Source: Deinococcota bacterium | Lineage (GTDB): Bacteria; Deinococcota; Deinococci; Deinococcales; Thermaceae | Length of the DNA stretch: 64,000 bases | Direction of reading: 5' to 3' | Assembly (NCBI GenBank): GCA_041695225.1 | Contig: JBGFRI010000045.1 | Location: forward strand, 16,656 to 80,655 | Shown: positions 37,730 through 50,230 of the stretch, one piece after another | Layout of the letters: each line of letters opens with the position of its first letter | Numbering within the stretch: the first letter of the stretch is position 1 | Notes under the pieces: model-generated | The model's database searches: none | Seen by the model: the letters and a program-made list of their open reading frames with translations, nothing else | Told to the model about the DNA's origin: nothing | Translations under genes and position numbers: made by a program

Positions 37730-38560
37730 GTGCAGGCCCTCCCTCACCCCCACATTCCCCTGCAAGCTTCCGATGGATCGGTGCTGCGGGCCAGGGCCAT
37801 GCAGGAGTACCTGCTGGCCCTGCGCTCGGCCCTGACACGCTATACCGAGGTTCCCCCAGTGCATTTGATGGTGCTGGGCGAGGCCGACTGGAAGGCCCGC
37901 ATCAGGCACCCCTATGGCTTTCCCTTTCAGCGCACCAGCCTTAAGGAGGGCCTCTATTTGTTCTTGCCCGCCCGCTACCCCGAACGCTTCGTCTGGCGGC
38001 TGCGCGAGACCCTGGTTCCTGCCATCAAAAAGGCTGGAAGACCGCCTGGTCAGCCAGGCGACTTCCTGGACCTGAACCTGGGGCACGAGTACGCCCACGC
38101 GGTGGCGGTAGCCTGGAAGCTGCGTACGCGCACCAAGTGGGTAGACGAGTTTCTGGCCAACTACCTTTATCTTCTGGCGCTATACCAGGCCCTGCCAGAG
38201 CTATACCCAAAAGCAAAGCAGTGGGGCATTCTGCTGGCGCATCTGGTTCCCAGCGAACCCAGCCTGGGAAGCTACGAGACCAAACCCAAGGGGCTTTTGG
38301 ACCAGCTATGGTTTCAGGGGCAGTTCACCACCCAGGCAGCGCGCCTGGTGGAGGAAAAAGGAGATACCTTGTTACAGGGCCTGCTACAAGCTGCCCCGCT
38401 CAAAAAGTCTACCGTTCACAAACTACTGGTGGGCCTCGAGCCCGATCTGCGTAACTGGTTTGCCAGTTTTGCTTCCAGGAAAAACCTTTCCCGCAAAGTC
38501 CTGGACGGTAGCTCTGGGTGGGACGAGTTGGGGATTGGGGCCAATTCCGTAGCGAATTGA
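37730..38560 (+). CDS. Hypothetical protein with HExxH...E zincin-like motif
   Basis: GHEYAH...WVDEFLANY; TACAAT, 7 nt, then GTG at 37730. Confidence 0.7.
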   Translation: MQALPHPHIPLQASDGSVLRARAMQEYLLALRSALTRYTEVPPVHLMVLGEADWKARIRHPYGFPFQRTSLKEGLYLFLPARYPERFVWRLRETLVPAIKKAGRPPGQPGDFLDLNLGHEYAHAVAVAWKLRTRTKWVDEFLANYLYLLALYQALPELYPKAKQWGILLAHLVPSEPSLGSYETKPKGLLDQLWFQGQFTTQAARLVEEKGDTLLQGLLQAAPLKKSTVHKLLVGLEPDLRNWFASFASRKNLSRKVLDGSSGWDELGIGANSVAN

Positions 38561-39082
38561 CCAGAGGCTGATGAAAGCACCTGGCCAAACCTTAGCCAGA
38601 CTCGTTTACGCCATTGCGCTTGAACGAGAAAGCTCACTGGCAGGTCACTGGGGTCTTCTACCCAGGGCAGAGCGAAGCTGGGCCACACCCCGCATCTCTC
38701 CTTAGCTATACAGAGCCTTGCCCTGAGCCCGTCGAAGGGGCAGTTGAAGAGATGCGAATGATTAATCAATCCAGGAGTGCATAAACGCAACTTGACCGCC
38801 GGGGTGATCTGGATTGCTTCCCCTTAGGCTATGCCTCCGGATCTTCGCTGCGAATTGCCCTAAGTTTATCGAAGGGTTCAGCAGTGCAGCAAGTTTGCAG
38901 TATGGCTGTACGATTTATGCCTTGAACATTTGCGTAGGCCCTGCAACGCAAATCGGGTCAGATGGCCAGAAATGGCAGTAGGGCCTATTCGTGGGCTCAA
39001 CTGTTACCACCTGCCTGCTAGCCCCTGGCGTGCACCTTCCAGCAAAAGATTTTCCTGGGCCGTTATTGTATGCTATTTCGCG

Positions 39083-39112
39083 TTGACATGCGCCCTGGGG
39101 AGTCGCTATGAT
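39083..39112 (+). promoter_or_regulatory. Sigma70 promoter of the V/A-ATPase operon
   Basis: TTGACA, 18-bp spacer, TATGAT. Confidence 0.7.
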
Positions 39113-39201
39113 TCTTGGGGTTCATTTTTTGAGTAAGTTTTCACTTGCTCTCTTTCAGGCTGTACAAGAGTCGCGTGGGCGGTACCAAGAAAGGAGGTAA
39201 C

Positions 39202-39516
39202 ATGACCGGATCAGGACTAATCAAGAGCCTGGCAGAGCGTGAGCAAGCGCTGGCAAAGCAACTTGACGAAGCTAAACAAGCTGCCGAAGCCAGGGTTAAG
39301 GAAGCCGAGGCCAAGGCCTCCCAGATTCTGGTAGAAGCGGAGCAGAGTGTGCGGGACCTGGAAGTACAGTTCCGATCACGCACTGCTGAAGCAGTTGCCA
39401 GAATCGAGGGTGAGGCCAGGGCCAGGGCCGAAGCCGAGGCTAAGACCATTGGCGAGGCAGCAAGGGCCAGGGTGACCGAGGCGGTGCAGGCGGTGCTGAG
39501 GGAGGTTTTACCTTGA
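39202..39516 (+). CDS. atpG: V/A-type ATP synthase subunit G
   Basis: GLIKSLAERE, Ala/Glu coiled coil, ends VLREVLP; RBS AAGGAGG. Confidence 0.9.
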   Translation: MTGSGLIKSLAEREQALAKQLDEAKQAAEARVKEAEAKASQILVEAEQSVRDLEVQFRSRTAEAVARIEGEARARAEAEAKTIGEAARARVTEAVQAVLREVLP

Positions 39517-41540
39517 TAGCTCCCATGGAAAAGCTGATCGTGGCCGGTCCCAAGCGGCTGGCCAGGGAGCTCTTGAGCGAACTGCAAAAGGCCGGGGTGG
39601 TACATGTTGACCCCCTGCGACCCGACGAGTTGGGCGAGTACCGGCTTTCCCCAACCGAAGAGGTGGAGCTCAAACGCTGGGAGACGGTAGCGTTGCAGGT
39701 CGAGCAGTCGCTGACAGTGGTAGGTCTGACAGCAGTCGCCCCAGGGAGGCTGTTTGGAGGTTCTTTGGAGGAAGCCGAAGCCACCATCCGACCTGTTGCC
39801 AGCCGGGCCGAGGTCTTGGGCAAGGAGCGGGCGACCCTCGAGGAAGAAATTCAGACCATCGAGTTATTTGGCAAGGCTGCTAGCACACTGGCGGCACTGG
39901 TACAGGGGTTGGATCAGAGCCCCCGTCTGGCCGTGATTCCGTTTCTGGTTTCTAAACCGGAGGAATTAGCAGGTGTGCGTGCTGCCCTGCAGCAGGCCCT
40001 GGGTGACCGTTTTGTGCTAGACGCCGAAGCCCTGGACAACCAGGTGGCGGCAGCGGTGGTGGTCTTGAGGGGAGAGCTCGAGGCCGCCCGCACTACGCTG
40101 TTGCGGCTGGGGCTGGCCGAGCTTCGCTTTCCCGGAGCCTATGGAGCCATGCCGCTTTACCAGGCCGCAGCCCAGATGAGCCAGCGGGCCAGGCTGGCCC
40201 CCGAAGAGCTGTTAGGTATCCGCGAGGAGCTAAGCAAGCTGGCAAAAGAGTCTCAGGAGACCCTTATTGCCCTGTGGGCCAGAGCCAAGGACGAGATCGC
40301 TCGCTACCGTACTAGCGCCGATATGGCCGCCGGAAAGTACGGCATTGCGCTAATGGGATGGGTTCCCCAGAAAGCCAAAGGGCGTGTAGAGGAGGCGCTG
40401 GGCCGGCTGCGCGACCAGATTGTATATACCTTTGAGCCGGTAGACGAGCATCACGAGGGCCACCAGGTGCCCGTAACCCTGGAAAACCCGCCTTGGGCTC
40501 GACCATTCGAGCTGACTCATACCTTTCTCCACACCCCTTCGTATGGTGGATACGACCCCACCGTGATGATTGCCCTGTTCTTCCCGCTGTTTTTTGGGAT
40601 TGTGGTGGGAGATGTCGGGTTTGGTCTGATCTTCCTGTGGTTCGCGTTATGGTTGGCGGCAAAGGCGCGACGCGGTGAGACCCTGAAGATTGAGTTTCTG
40701 GCAGCGGCATTTGGGCCAGATACACTGGGAAAACTTGCTGTAGTCGGCAAATGGGCTTCGGCCTGGGCCATCATCTGGGGTGTTCTATACGGTGAGTTTT
40801 TCGGCACCTTCTTCAAGATGCTGCAGCTGCCAGGGGTTTTTGGCCTTCCCGATGGCTGGCGGCTTTTTTATGCGATTGGCCCACACTTTGACCCGGCGGA
40901 GTACTTCGGTCTGATTCCGGTGCTGGTCAATCGCCTGGACATACCTCATACCTATGCTGCGCTAATGGTTTTTGTCATTGCCTTTGGGGTTTTCCAGGTG
41001 CTCTATGCTTTTTATCTGCGAATGCGCCTGGGCCTCAAACACGGGCACATGAAGCACTTCTGGGAGGGATTTGGTTATTTCTTCGGACTAATTGGTCTAG
41101 TGGCCATCACCTATAACTTCATGACTCAGGCCAACCTGCAAGTTTTAAATCTGGTGTTTATTGTCGGTATGGCGTTGTTCATCGTGGGGCTGGTGATGTC
41201 CAGGGAAATTCTAATGATAGCCGAGCTGGCCGGTAAAGGCGGCCAGATGCTCAGTTACATCCGTCTTTATGCGGTGGGCCTGGCCGGGGCGTTGCTGGCC
41301 ATGCTGGTTAATCAGCTGGGCTTTGCCATGGCCGAGCAGTGGGGCTTTGTGGGTGCATTGTTTGGCCTGATTGTTGGTATTATTCTGCTGACCCTCATTT
41401 TTGTGGTCACTACCCTGGGGCATGTAATGCAGCCTATGCGTCTTTTGTGGATTGAACTCTCTACCAACTTTGGCTTTTTTGAGGAGACCGGGAGGCAGTA
41501 CAGGCCCTTTAAATCGGTTCAAGCTAGTCAACCCCGTTAG
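39513..41540 (+). CDS. atpI: V/A-type ATP synthase subunit I (a)
   Basis: MIAPMEK, PVTLENP, DPT..FFGIVVGDVG, YGEFFG, LSYIRLYA, QPMRLLWIE. Confidence 0.95.
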   Translation: MIAPMEKLIVAGPKRLARELLSELQKAGVVHVDPLRPDELGEYRLSPTEEVELKRWETVALQVEQSLTVVGLTAVAPGRLFGGSLEEAEATIRPVASRAEVLGKERATLEEEIQTIELFGKAASTLAALVQGLDQSPRLAVIPFLVSKPEELAGVRAALQQALGDRFVLDAEALDNQVAAAVVVLRGELEAARTTLLRLGLAELRFPGAYGAMPLYQAAAQMSQRARLAPEELLGIREELSKLAKESQETLIALWARAKDEIARYRTSADMAAGKYGIALMGWVPQKAKGRVEEALGRLRDQIVYTFEPVDEHHEGHQVPVTLENPPWARPFELTHTFLHTPSYGGYDPTVMIALFFPLFFGIVVGDVGFGLIFLWFALWLAAKARRGETLKIEFLAAAFGPDTLGKLAVVGKWASAWAIIWGVLYGEFFGTFFKMLQLPGVFGLPDGWRLFYAIGPHFDPAEYFGLIPVLVNRLDIPHTYAALMVFVIAFGVFQVLYAFYLRMRLGLKHGHMKHFWEGFGYFFGLIGLVAITYNFMTQANLQVLNLVFIVGMALFIVGLVMSREILMIAELAGKGGQMLSYIRLYAVGLAGALLAMLVNQLGFAMAEQWGFVGALFGLIVGIILLTLIFVVTTLGHVMQPMRLLWIELSTNFGFFEETGRQYRPFKSVQASQPR

Positions 41541-41613
41541 GATCACGGTCATCTGTACCAACCTCGTCCATAACGTGCTTACTGCACATGGAGCAAAGTA
41601 AAGGAGAAAACAC

Positions 41614-41901
41614 ATGAAGAGCGTTAAAATTGCCAAGCTTCTGCTGATCGTCGCCATCACCGTTCTGGCCACCATAGCTTTTGCCGCCGAAGCAGGTACA
41701 ATCTCGCTGGTTCCCCTGGCTCAGGCGCTCGTAATCGGCATAGGTCTGCTGGCTACTGGGCTGGCCCAGACGGCAATTGGTGTGGCGGCTATTGGTGCGG
41801 TAGCAGAAGACCGCCGCAACTTTGGTACGTCGCTTATCTTCTTCCTGATCCCTGAAACGCTGGCTATTTTCGGTCTGGCCTTCTCCTTCATGATCGGATA
41901 G
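41614..41901 (+). CDS. V/A-type ATP synthase proteolipid subunit (K/L/c)
   Basis: N-terminal signal-like segment; AEDRRNFGT..IPETL with the carrier Glu. Confidence 0.93.
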   Translation: MKSVKIAKLLLIVAITVLATIAFAAEAGTISLVPLAQALVIGIGLLATGLAQTAIGVAAIGAVAEDRRNFGTSLIFFLIPETLAIFGLAFSFMIG

Positions 41902-41976
41902 TCAGCGGACAAGCCGACTGTCATAGCCTGAGCCATCGGAGCCACTGCTTCTGGGCCAAGGGCTCACAGGAGCCAA

Positions 41977-42543
41977 ATGTCTAAACTCGAAGATATTCTG
42001 CAAAAAGAGGTTGCTGCCGAAATTGGCGCGATTACGGCAGAGGCCGAAGCCCGGGCCAGGGCAATTGTGGAGGGTGCGCTGAATAACGCCGAAGCCATGA
42101 AGGCCAACAAGCAGCGGCTGCTCGAGGCCGAACGAGCGGCAGCTCTGCGCCGGGCCGAGAGTGCGGCGGAGCTGCTCTTGAGCCAGGCCCGCATTACCGC
42201 CAGAGGCCAGGTGATGGATCGGGTTAAGGACGAGGCCCGGCAGGCCCTACAGCGACTAACCTCCCAGCCCGAGTTTGGGGCGATTCTGCAAAAGCTGGCC
42301 GATGAAGCCCTGCAAAGCATCGGAAAGGCCGAAAAGGTGCTGGTTAACCCGGCCCACGCCTATTTGCTGAGCGCTTGGGCTCAGAGTAAAGGCCTAGAGC
42401 TGCAGACCGACGAGACCATCTGCGACGGGGTGCGGCTGGTAGCACAGGGCGGCCGGGCCATTGTGCAAAATACCCTGACCGACCGCCTCGAGCGCTCGTG
42501 GGATGCCCTTTCGTCCAAGGCTGCCCGGGCCATCTGGAGTTAG
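41977..42543 (+). CDS. atpE: V/A-type ATP synthase subunit E
   Basis: MSKLEDIL, ALRRAESA, VQNTLTDRL; operon position. Confidence 0.92.
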   Translation: MSKLEDILQKEVAAEIGAITAEAEARARAIVEGALNNAEAMKANKQRLLEAERAAALRRAESAAELLLSQARITARGQVMDRVKDEARQALQRLTSQPEFGAILQKLADEALQSIGKAEKVLVNPAHAYLLSAWAQSKGLELQTDETICDGVRLVAQGGRAIVQNTLTDRLERSWDALSSKAARAIWS

Positions 42544-42545
42544 CT

Positions 42546-43532
42546 GTGCTTGCCCGCTTTACCTTTATTTACCTCAACACCAGGATACGCGCGAGGCGCG
42601 GCCGGATGCTTCCGGAGTCTTTTTTTCAGCAGGCCCTGGGCCAGACTTTTCCTGGTTTTCTGCGGATGCTGTCCGAAACAGTCTACGGGGCTGACCTGAT
42701 AGGCGAAACCCTGGGCGACGTGGATAGAGCGGTTTCTAACCACCTGACCCGCGACGTCGCCGACCTGCCCACCCTGGTCTCGGGTAAGATACGCGAGCTG
42801 ATCAGCCTGCCTTTGCTGCGTGCAGACCTGATCAATCTCAAGGCCATCCTGCGTGGCAAGCAGAGCGGCAAAGCACCCGAAGAAATTCGAGCCGGGCTAC
42901 TGGGCGGCACCCTGAAGGAGCCGGTGCTGGCTGCTATGTTGCAGGCGCCTGACGCAGCAGGGGTGGCCCAGGTGCTGCAGCTGCCGGGTCATCCGCTAGC
43001 CAGGGCCCTGCGGAAAGCGTTGGCCGAGACCACCGAGCCTCTGGCGCTAGAAGTAGCGCTCGACCGCGACTTTTTCGCGGCTACCCTCGAAAAAGCCAAA
43101 AAGCTGCGCCAGCCTCGGATGACCGCTTTCCTGACTCTTGAACTAGACCTGACCAACCTGCTGACTGCCTTCAAACTACATTCGCTGGGCGCTGCTGACC
43201 TGGACCTGGAAAAGTATTTTGTGCTGGGGGGCAGGTGGGTAAGCCGCCTGGTCTTCGAGCGTGTAGCCTCGGGCGACCTTAGCGCCTTAGAGACGCTCGG
43301 GACAAGGGTGCTTGAGCCAGTCTCCGGAGCCCGCACCCTGGGTGAACTCGAGCGTGCGACGCGAAGCATCCTGCTGGGGCAAGCCGCCAAACACGCTCGA
43401 GACACCCAGGGGGTTGGTCTGGCCCTGGATTTTATTTTACGCAAGCAGTGGGAGGCCAGCCGGGTCCGCCTGCTGGCCCGGCGAGCCTACTACAATCTTC
43501 CTGCCGATGCGGTGGCAAGGGAGATAACCTGA
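42546..43532 (+). CDS. atpC: V/A-type ATP synthase subunit C (d)
   Basis: YLNTRIRARR, DLINLKAILR, E.SRVRLLARR; GTG at 42546. Confidence 0.9.
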   Translation: MLARFTFIYLNTRIRARRGRMLPESFFQQALGQTFPGFLRMLSETVYGADLIGETLGDVDRAVSNHLTRDVADLPTLVSGKIRELISLPLLRADLINLKAILRGKQSGKAPEEIRAGLLGGTLKEPVLAAMLQAPDAAGVAQVLQLPGHPLARALRKALAETTEPLALEVALDRDFFAATLEKAKKLRQPRMTAFLTLELDLTNLLTAFKLHSLGAADLDLEKYFVLGGRWVSRLVFERVASGDLSALETLGTRVLEPVSGARTLGELERATRSILLGQAAKHARDTQGVGLALDFILRKQWEASRVRLLARRAYYNLPADAVAREIT

Positions 43533-43569
43533 TGCTGGCCAGGGCGCGGAGGTGAAAGGAAGTGATCAG

Positions 43570-43890
43570 ATGAAAATCGGGGTGCTGACCGATGCCGAGA
43601 CGGCCTCGGGCTTCCGTATGGCGGGCCTCGAGGCGGTGACCACCACTGCCGAGGAAGCGGCCAGGAAGCTAATCGAAATGATTCAGTCCGACCAGTATGC
43701 GCTAGTAGCAGTAGACCAGAGCCTGCTGCCCGACCCTACCCGGGCTACCGAGCGGGTTATGCGCGGGCGCAGTGCACCAGTACTACTTTTGTTGCCCAAT
43801 CTGCTCGACAGCTTTAGCGGGGGTGACGATGCCAAGGCTTATATGCGCAAGCTGGTGAGGGAGACCATTGGGTTTGACATCAAGCTATGA
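43570..43890 (+). CDS. atpF: V/A-type ATP synthase subunit F
   Basis: GVLTDAETASGFRMAG, YMRKLVRETIGFDIKL. Confidence 0.93.
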   Translation: MKIGVLTDAETASGFRMAGLEAVTTTAEEAARKLIEMIQSDQYALVAVDQSLLPDPTRATERVMRGRSAPVLLLLPNLLDSFSGGDDAKAYMRKLVRETIGFDIKL

Positions 43891-43894
43891 GTCT

Positions 43895-43965
43895 ATAGCC
43901 CATAGCCGATAGCCCATAGCCAATGGCTAAAATACACTCCTGCTATCAGCTATTGGCTATCAGCA
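43895..43965. repeat. Inverted pair of heptamer arrays between atpF and atpA
   Basis: (ATAGCCN)x4, a spacer, then GCTATCA GCTATTG GCTATCA just before the atpA RBS. Confidence 0.85.
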
Positions 43966-43983
43966 TCCGACAAAGGAGGATAT

Positions 43984-45720
<1,737 letters not shown>

Positions 45721-45946
45721 GAATACAGGATGTCGCAAGTCGCATGTCGAAACAAACGGTGTCGAAAGATGAAGGCCTTCGACCTTAGACATTCCATTGA
45801 CCTGAGACCCCAGACACCTCCAGATGATCAAGACAGCCGCCATGGGGGCGGTAAAGGCGTAAGAATACAGGATGTCGCAAGTCGCACGTCGCAAGTCCAC
45901 ATGACCTGAGACCTGTGACCTGAGACACCTCCACCAGGAGGATGAA

Positions 45947-47347
45947 ATGCTCAAGAAAGAATACAATGCCGTAACTTATGTCTCCGGCCCGCTGCTGTTC
46001 TTAGAAGGGGCTGCCGACCTGGCCTACGGCGCAATCGTAAATATTGACGACGGCGCGGGGCGCATACGCGGTGGTCAGGTAATTGAGGTCTCGGACAAGT
46101 ACACCGTGCTGCAGGTCTTCGAGGAGACCTCGGGTCTGAACCTCGACACCACCAGTGTCTCGCTGGTGGAGGACGTGGCCCGTCTGGGCGTTTCCAGGGA
46201 GATGGTTGGCCGGGCCTTCAACGGAATTGGCCGCCCGATTGATGGGCTGCCCCCGGTGGTGGCCGACCAGCGCCTGCCTATCAACGGCGCACCCATCAAC
46301 CCTGTAGCCCGTGAAAAGCCCGAAGAGTTCATCCAGACCGGGGTCAGCGCCATTGATGTGAATATGACCCTGGTGCGCGGTCAGAAGCTGCCCATTTTCT
46401 CGGCCTCGGGCCTGCCGCACAACGAGCTGGCTGCCCAGATTGCCCGCCAGTCCAAGGTACTGGGTGAGGGTGAGGGCTTTGCGGTGGTTTTTGCTGCCAT
46501 GGGCATCACCCAGCGCGAGGTCAGTTACTTCATGCAGGAGTTTGAGCGCACCGGGGCGCTCTCGCGCTCGGTGCTGTTTTTGAACAAAGCCGACGACCCC
46601 ACCGTAGAACGCCTCCTGACCCCCCGCATGGCCCTTACCGCCGCCGAATATCTGGCCTTTGAGCACGACTACCATGTGCTGGTAATCCTGACCGACCTGA
46701 CCAACTACTGCGAAGCCCTGCGAGAAATCGGTGGCGCCCGCGAGGAAATTCCGGGCCGCCGGGGCTATCCTGGCTACATGTACACCGACCTGGCATCGCT
46801 ATACGAGAGGGCCGGAGTAGTACACGGCAAGAAGGGTTCAATAACCCAGATCCCCATCCTCTCGATGCCGGGGGACGATATCACCCACCCCATCCCCGAC
46901 CTCACCGGCTATATCACCGAAGGTCAGATCTTTATTGCCCGCGACCTGGCCCAGCAGGGCATCTTTCCGCCCATTAATGTGCAGCCGTCGCTCTCGCGCT
47001 TGATGAACAACGGCATCGGCAAGGGCAAGACCCGCGCCGACCACAAGGAGCTGGCCGACCAGCTCTTCAGCTCCTATGCCCGCGGGGTAAACCTGCGCCG
47101 CCTGGTGGCTATTACCGGTGAGGATGCCCTGACCGAGACCGACAAGAAATACCTGCGCTTTGCTTCTAACTTCGAACAGAAATTCATCAACCAGGGCCAG
47201 AACGAGCGCTCCATCGAGGAGAGTCTGAACATCGGCTGGGCTTTGCTCGCCGACCTTCCGGCCTCGGAACTAAAGCGCATCCGCCGTGAGTACATCGAGA
47301 CCTACCACCAGAAGACCGGTAAGCTGGAGGAATTGGTCGGCGCATAG
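45947..47347 (+). CDS. atpB: V/A-type ATP synthase subunit B
   Basis: [35 protein letters not shown]. Confidence 0.98.
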   Translation: MLKKEYNAVTYVSGPLLFLEGAADLAYGAIVNIDDGAGRIRGGQVIEVSDKYTVLQVFEETSGLNLDTTSVSLVEDVARLGVSREMVGRAFNGIGRPIDGLPPVVADQRLPINGAPINPVAREKPEEFIQTGVSAIDVNMTLVRGQKLPIFSASGLPHNELAAQIARQSKVLGEGEGFAVVFAAMGITQREVSYFMQEFERTGALSRSVLFLNKADDPTVERLLTPRMALTAAEYLAFEHDYHVLVILTDLTNYCEALREIGGAREEIPGRRGYPGYMYTDLASLYERAGVVHGKKGSITQIPILSMPGDDITHPIPDLTGYITEGQIFIARDLAQQGIFPPINVQPSLSRLMNNGIGKGKTRADHKELADQLFSSYARGVNLRRLVAITGEDALTETDKKYLRFASNFEQKFINQGQNERSIEESLNIGWALLADLPASELKRIRREYIETYHQKTGKLEELVGA

Positions 47348-47436
47348 CGCCTCCGTCTGGGGTCTAGTGTCCAGCGCCAAGAGCCCAAGGCCTTTTGACC
47401 CTCGACCCTCGACCTTTGACCTTCGACGAGGTTTTT

Positions 47437-48102
47437 ATGGCTGAACCTGTTTCACCGACCCGTTCGACCCTGCTAGCCAAGCGCGACCAGAAGCGGCTGG
47501 CCTTGCAAGGGGTGGACCTGCTGAAGAATAAGCGCGATGCCCTGGTGGGGGAGTTTTTTGCCCTGGTGCAGGACTCGCTAAAGGCCCGCGAAGCCCTTAA
47601 TAATGCCGCCAAGGATGCCTACTTTAGCCTGCTAATTGCCAAGGCATTTGATACCCCGGAGGCAGTGGAGTCACTTTCTGGCGCCACGGTAGCGGTGCAG
47701 CTGGAAGTACAGAGCCTCTATGGGGTCAAGGTACCCAGAATTTCGCCGACGGAACAGGGCCAGGGTCTGTCTTTCAGCCCCATCGGGGTAGGAGCCAAAA
47801 CCCTCGAGGCAGCCACCGCCTTTCGGGCCCTTTCCGAGGCGATTATCCTGGTGGCCAACACCGAAAACCGCCTGCGAAAAATCGGCGAAGAGATCAAGAA
47901 AACCAACCGCCGGGTGAATGCGTTGGAGCAGATTTCCATCCCCGAGATCAATGAACAGATCAAGTTTGTGACCGATACCCTCGACCAGCGCGCCCTGGAG
48001 GAGGTAACCACCCTCAAACGCATCAAGGCCGCCATTATGGCCCGCGATGCCGAGGAGCTTGGCATCGTCTCGGCCCACCTCGAGAAAGGTGCTGGTTTGT
48101 AA
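47437..48102 (+). CDS. atpD: V/A-type ATP synthase subunit D
   Basis: VSPTRS, LLKNKRDAL, KTNRRVNALE. Confidence 0.96.
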   Translation: MAEPVSPTRSTLLAKRDQKRLALQGVDLLKNKRDALVGEFFALVQDSLKAREALNNAAKDAYFSLLIAKAFDTPEAVESLSGATVAVQLEVQSLYGVKVPRISPTEQGQGLSFSPIGVGAKTLEAATAFRALSEAIILVANTENRLRKIGEEIKKTNRRVNALEQISIPEINEQIKFVTDTLDQRALEEVTTLKRIKAAIMARDAEELGIVSAHLEKGAGL

Positions 48103-48354
48103 CACAAGGTTTGGCCAGCTTAGCTGAGCCCCGCTACGATTTCACTTCCTGCCCCTTCAGGGGTCTTATTTGAGCCTTTTAACTCCTGTAGAGCATGTGC
48201 ATCGTACAGGGTGTTGGCGGCTTAACTTCGGCACTGCTAACCTGCGCGGCTTGGTTGGTGCTGGCAGTGGTGGTTTATGCGCCGCCAGCCACAGGCTAAA
48301 ACACCTTTACCCAGCGCTCACAACCGGCCAACAGGGCAGTGATATCCTCGCCCC

Positions 48355-49773
48355 GTGTCCGGGATTCGTCTGATACTGCTGCTGGCCGGTCTGCTGCTCG
48401 TGGCCTGTAACAAGCAGACCGCAGCGCCACCCCCACCCCCGCCTCCAACGCACTGCCTGGCTGGTAGCTCCGGCGCCACCCTCTGGCAGACCACCCCAGC
48501 CCAGGCCGCTTCAGCGGCTGTCCCCAGTCCGCCCAATCCGGCGGTCATGAGCGAGACCACCCAGGCGCCATTTGTAGCCGGGGAGTTCATCATCCGGTTC
48601 AGACCCCAGGTCAGCCTCGCCTCACTCAGCAGGCTCTCGGTACTGGGGGTAGAGCTAGAGCAGGTCAGACCGCTGGCTCTGGAGGGCGCCTTTCTCTACC
48701 GGGGCCGCCTCAGCCACCGCGATACCATCGCAGACCTGCAGGCCCTGCAAAGCCGGGGCGACCTGGTCTACGCCCAGCTCAACTACATCATGCACAGCCA
48801 GCGAACCCCTAACGACCGTTATTATTCACTTCAGCGCTGGCACTACGAGGCCATCCGGCTACCCCAGGCCTGGAGCATCGAGACCGGGGCCTCGAGCCCG
48901 GTTACGGTAGCGGTGGTTGACGGGGGGATCTACTCGCGCCATCTGGATTTTGCCGGCAAGCTGCTGCCCGGCTATGACTTTGTCTCCGACCCGGCCCGAG
49001 CCGGCGATGGTGACGGCCGCGACCCCGATCCAGAGGACACCTCGCCAACCAGCCGCGACTTCCACGGCACCCATGTGGCCGGTACAGTTGCGGCCGCCAC
49101 CAACAATAACCTGGGGGTGGCCGGTGTCTCCTGGGGCGCAAGCATCGTCCCGGTGCGGGCAGTGAGCGACGGCACGGGGCCAATGACCGATGTGATTGAT
49201 GCACTGGTCTGGGCCGCCGGCCTGCCGGTGGCGGGAGTTCCCCCCAACCCCCACCCGGCCAGGGTGATTAACATCTCACTGGGTGTGAATGTGTCCTGCA
49301 CCGCTATCCCAGCCCTCCAGAGCGCTATCACCGCGGCCAGCGCCACCGGCGCCAGCATCGTGGTAGCGGCGGGCAACTCGAACACCGATGTCAGCAACTT
49401 TAGCCCTGCAAGCTGCACCGGAGTGATTACGGTCGGGGCCACCAATGCTCTGGGGCAGCGGGCCTCGTACTCGAACTGTGGAACCCGCATTGACCTGATG
49501 GCCCCTGGGGGCGACAGCCTAGCACAGGTCTTCAGCACCCTGGGCAATCAGCAGTATGGGGGCATGGTCGGCACCTCAATGGCCGCGCCGCACGTTGCAG
49601 GGGTGCTGGCCCTGATGAAAAGCCACAGGCCCGGCCTGACCAGGGAGGAAGGGCTGAGAATCCTGAAAGAGACTGCCCGGCCGCTGACCCCCGCAGAGTG
49701 CGGCCATCCGAGCCAGTACTGCGGGGCCGGGCTGGTGGATGCCGGAGCTGCGCTGAGCCGTACCCCGCCTTAG
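48355..49773 (+). CDS. S8 subtilisin-like serine peptidase, probable lipoprotein
   Basis: LLVAC lipobox, Pro linker, VAVVDGG, HGTHVAG, AAGN, GTSMAAPHV. Confidence 0.93.
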   Translation: MSGIRLILLLAGLLLVACNKQTAAPPPPPPPTHCLAGSSGATLWQTTPAQAASAAVPSPPNPAVMSETTQAPFVAGEFIIRFRPQVSLASLSRLSVLGVELEQVRPLALEGAFLYRGRLSHRDTIADLQALQSRGDLVYAQLNYIMHSQRTPNDRYYSLQRWHYEAIRLPQAWSIETGASSPVTVAVVDGGIYSRHLDFAGKLLPGYDFVSDPARAGDGDGRDPDPEDTSPTSRDFHGTHVAGTVAAATNNNLGVAGVSWGASIVPVRAVSDGTGPMTDVIDALVWAAGLPVAGVPPNPHPARVINISLGVNVSCTAIPALQSAITAASATGASIVVAAGNSNTDVSNFSPASCTGVITVGATNALGQRASYSNCGTRIDLMAPGGDSLAQVFSTLGNQQYGGMVGTSMAAPHVAGVLALMKSHRPGLTREEGLRILKETARPLTPAECGHPSQYCGAGLVDAGAALSRTPP

Positions 49774-50090
49774 TGGTAACCAGCACTAACCAGCACTCCC
49801 CTCAGCCCTAAGGTGGTCACGCGGGCTGCTGGAAGAGTCAGGGTCTCACGCTCTGCCTCATTTAGCTTAACGGTCATTCGACTCTGCTCGTTATAGAGTC
49901 TCCACCCGGTAAAGCTGCTCCAGGGGCAGCTCGTGTTGCAGGGTCAGCCTGGAGAGCAAGAGCAGCCAGACGGCGCTTTAGCGTAGCTCAGATGTGTAGA
50001 TCTCCGCCGTTACAGTCAGAAAAGCCGGGCCGTTCTCGGCCTGTAGTTTCCAGGACTCGAGCCCGGACTGGAACCCCCCCCAGCGTATCC

Positions 50091-50230
50091 ACCAGCGCGC
50101 CTTGGAGGAGGTAACCACCCTCAAACGCATTAAGGCCGCCATTATGGCCCGGGATGAGGAGGAGCCTGTCAGTGGTCGGCCCACCTCGAGAAAGGTACTG
50201 GGTTGTAACACCAGGTTTTGGCCGGCTTAG
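50091..50230 (+). repeat. Second copy of the atpD 3' end (direct repeat of 47984-48123)
   Basis: Three mismatches in the first 66 bp, then a 1-nt indel; similarity continues past the stop codon. Confidence 0.92.
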
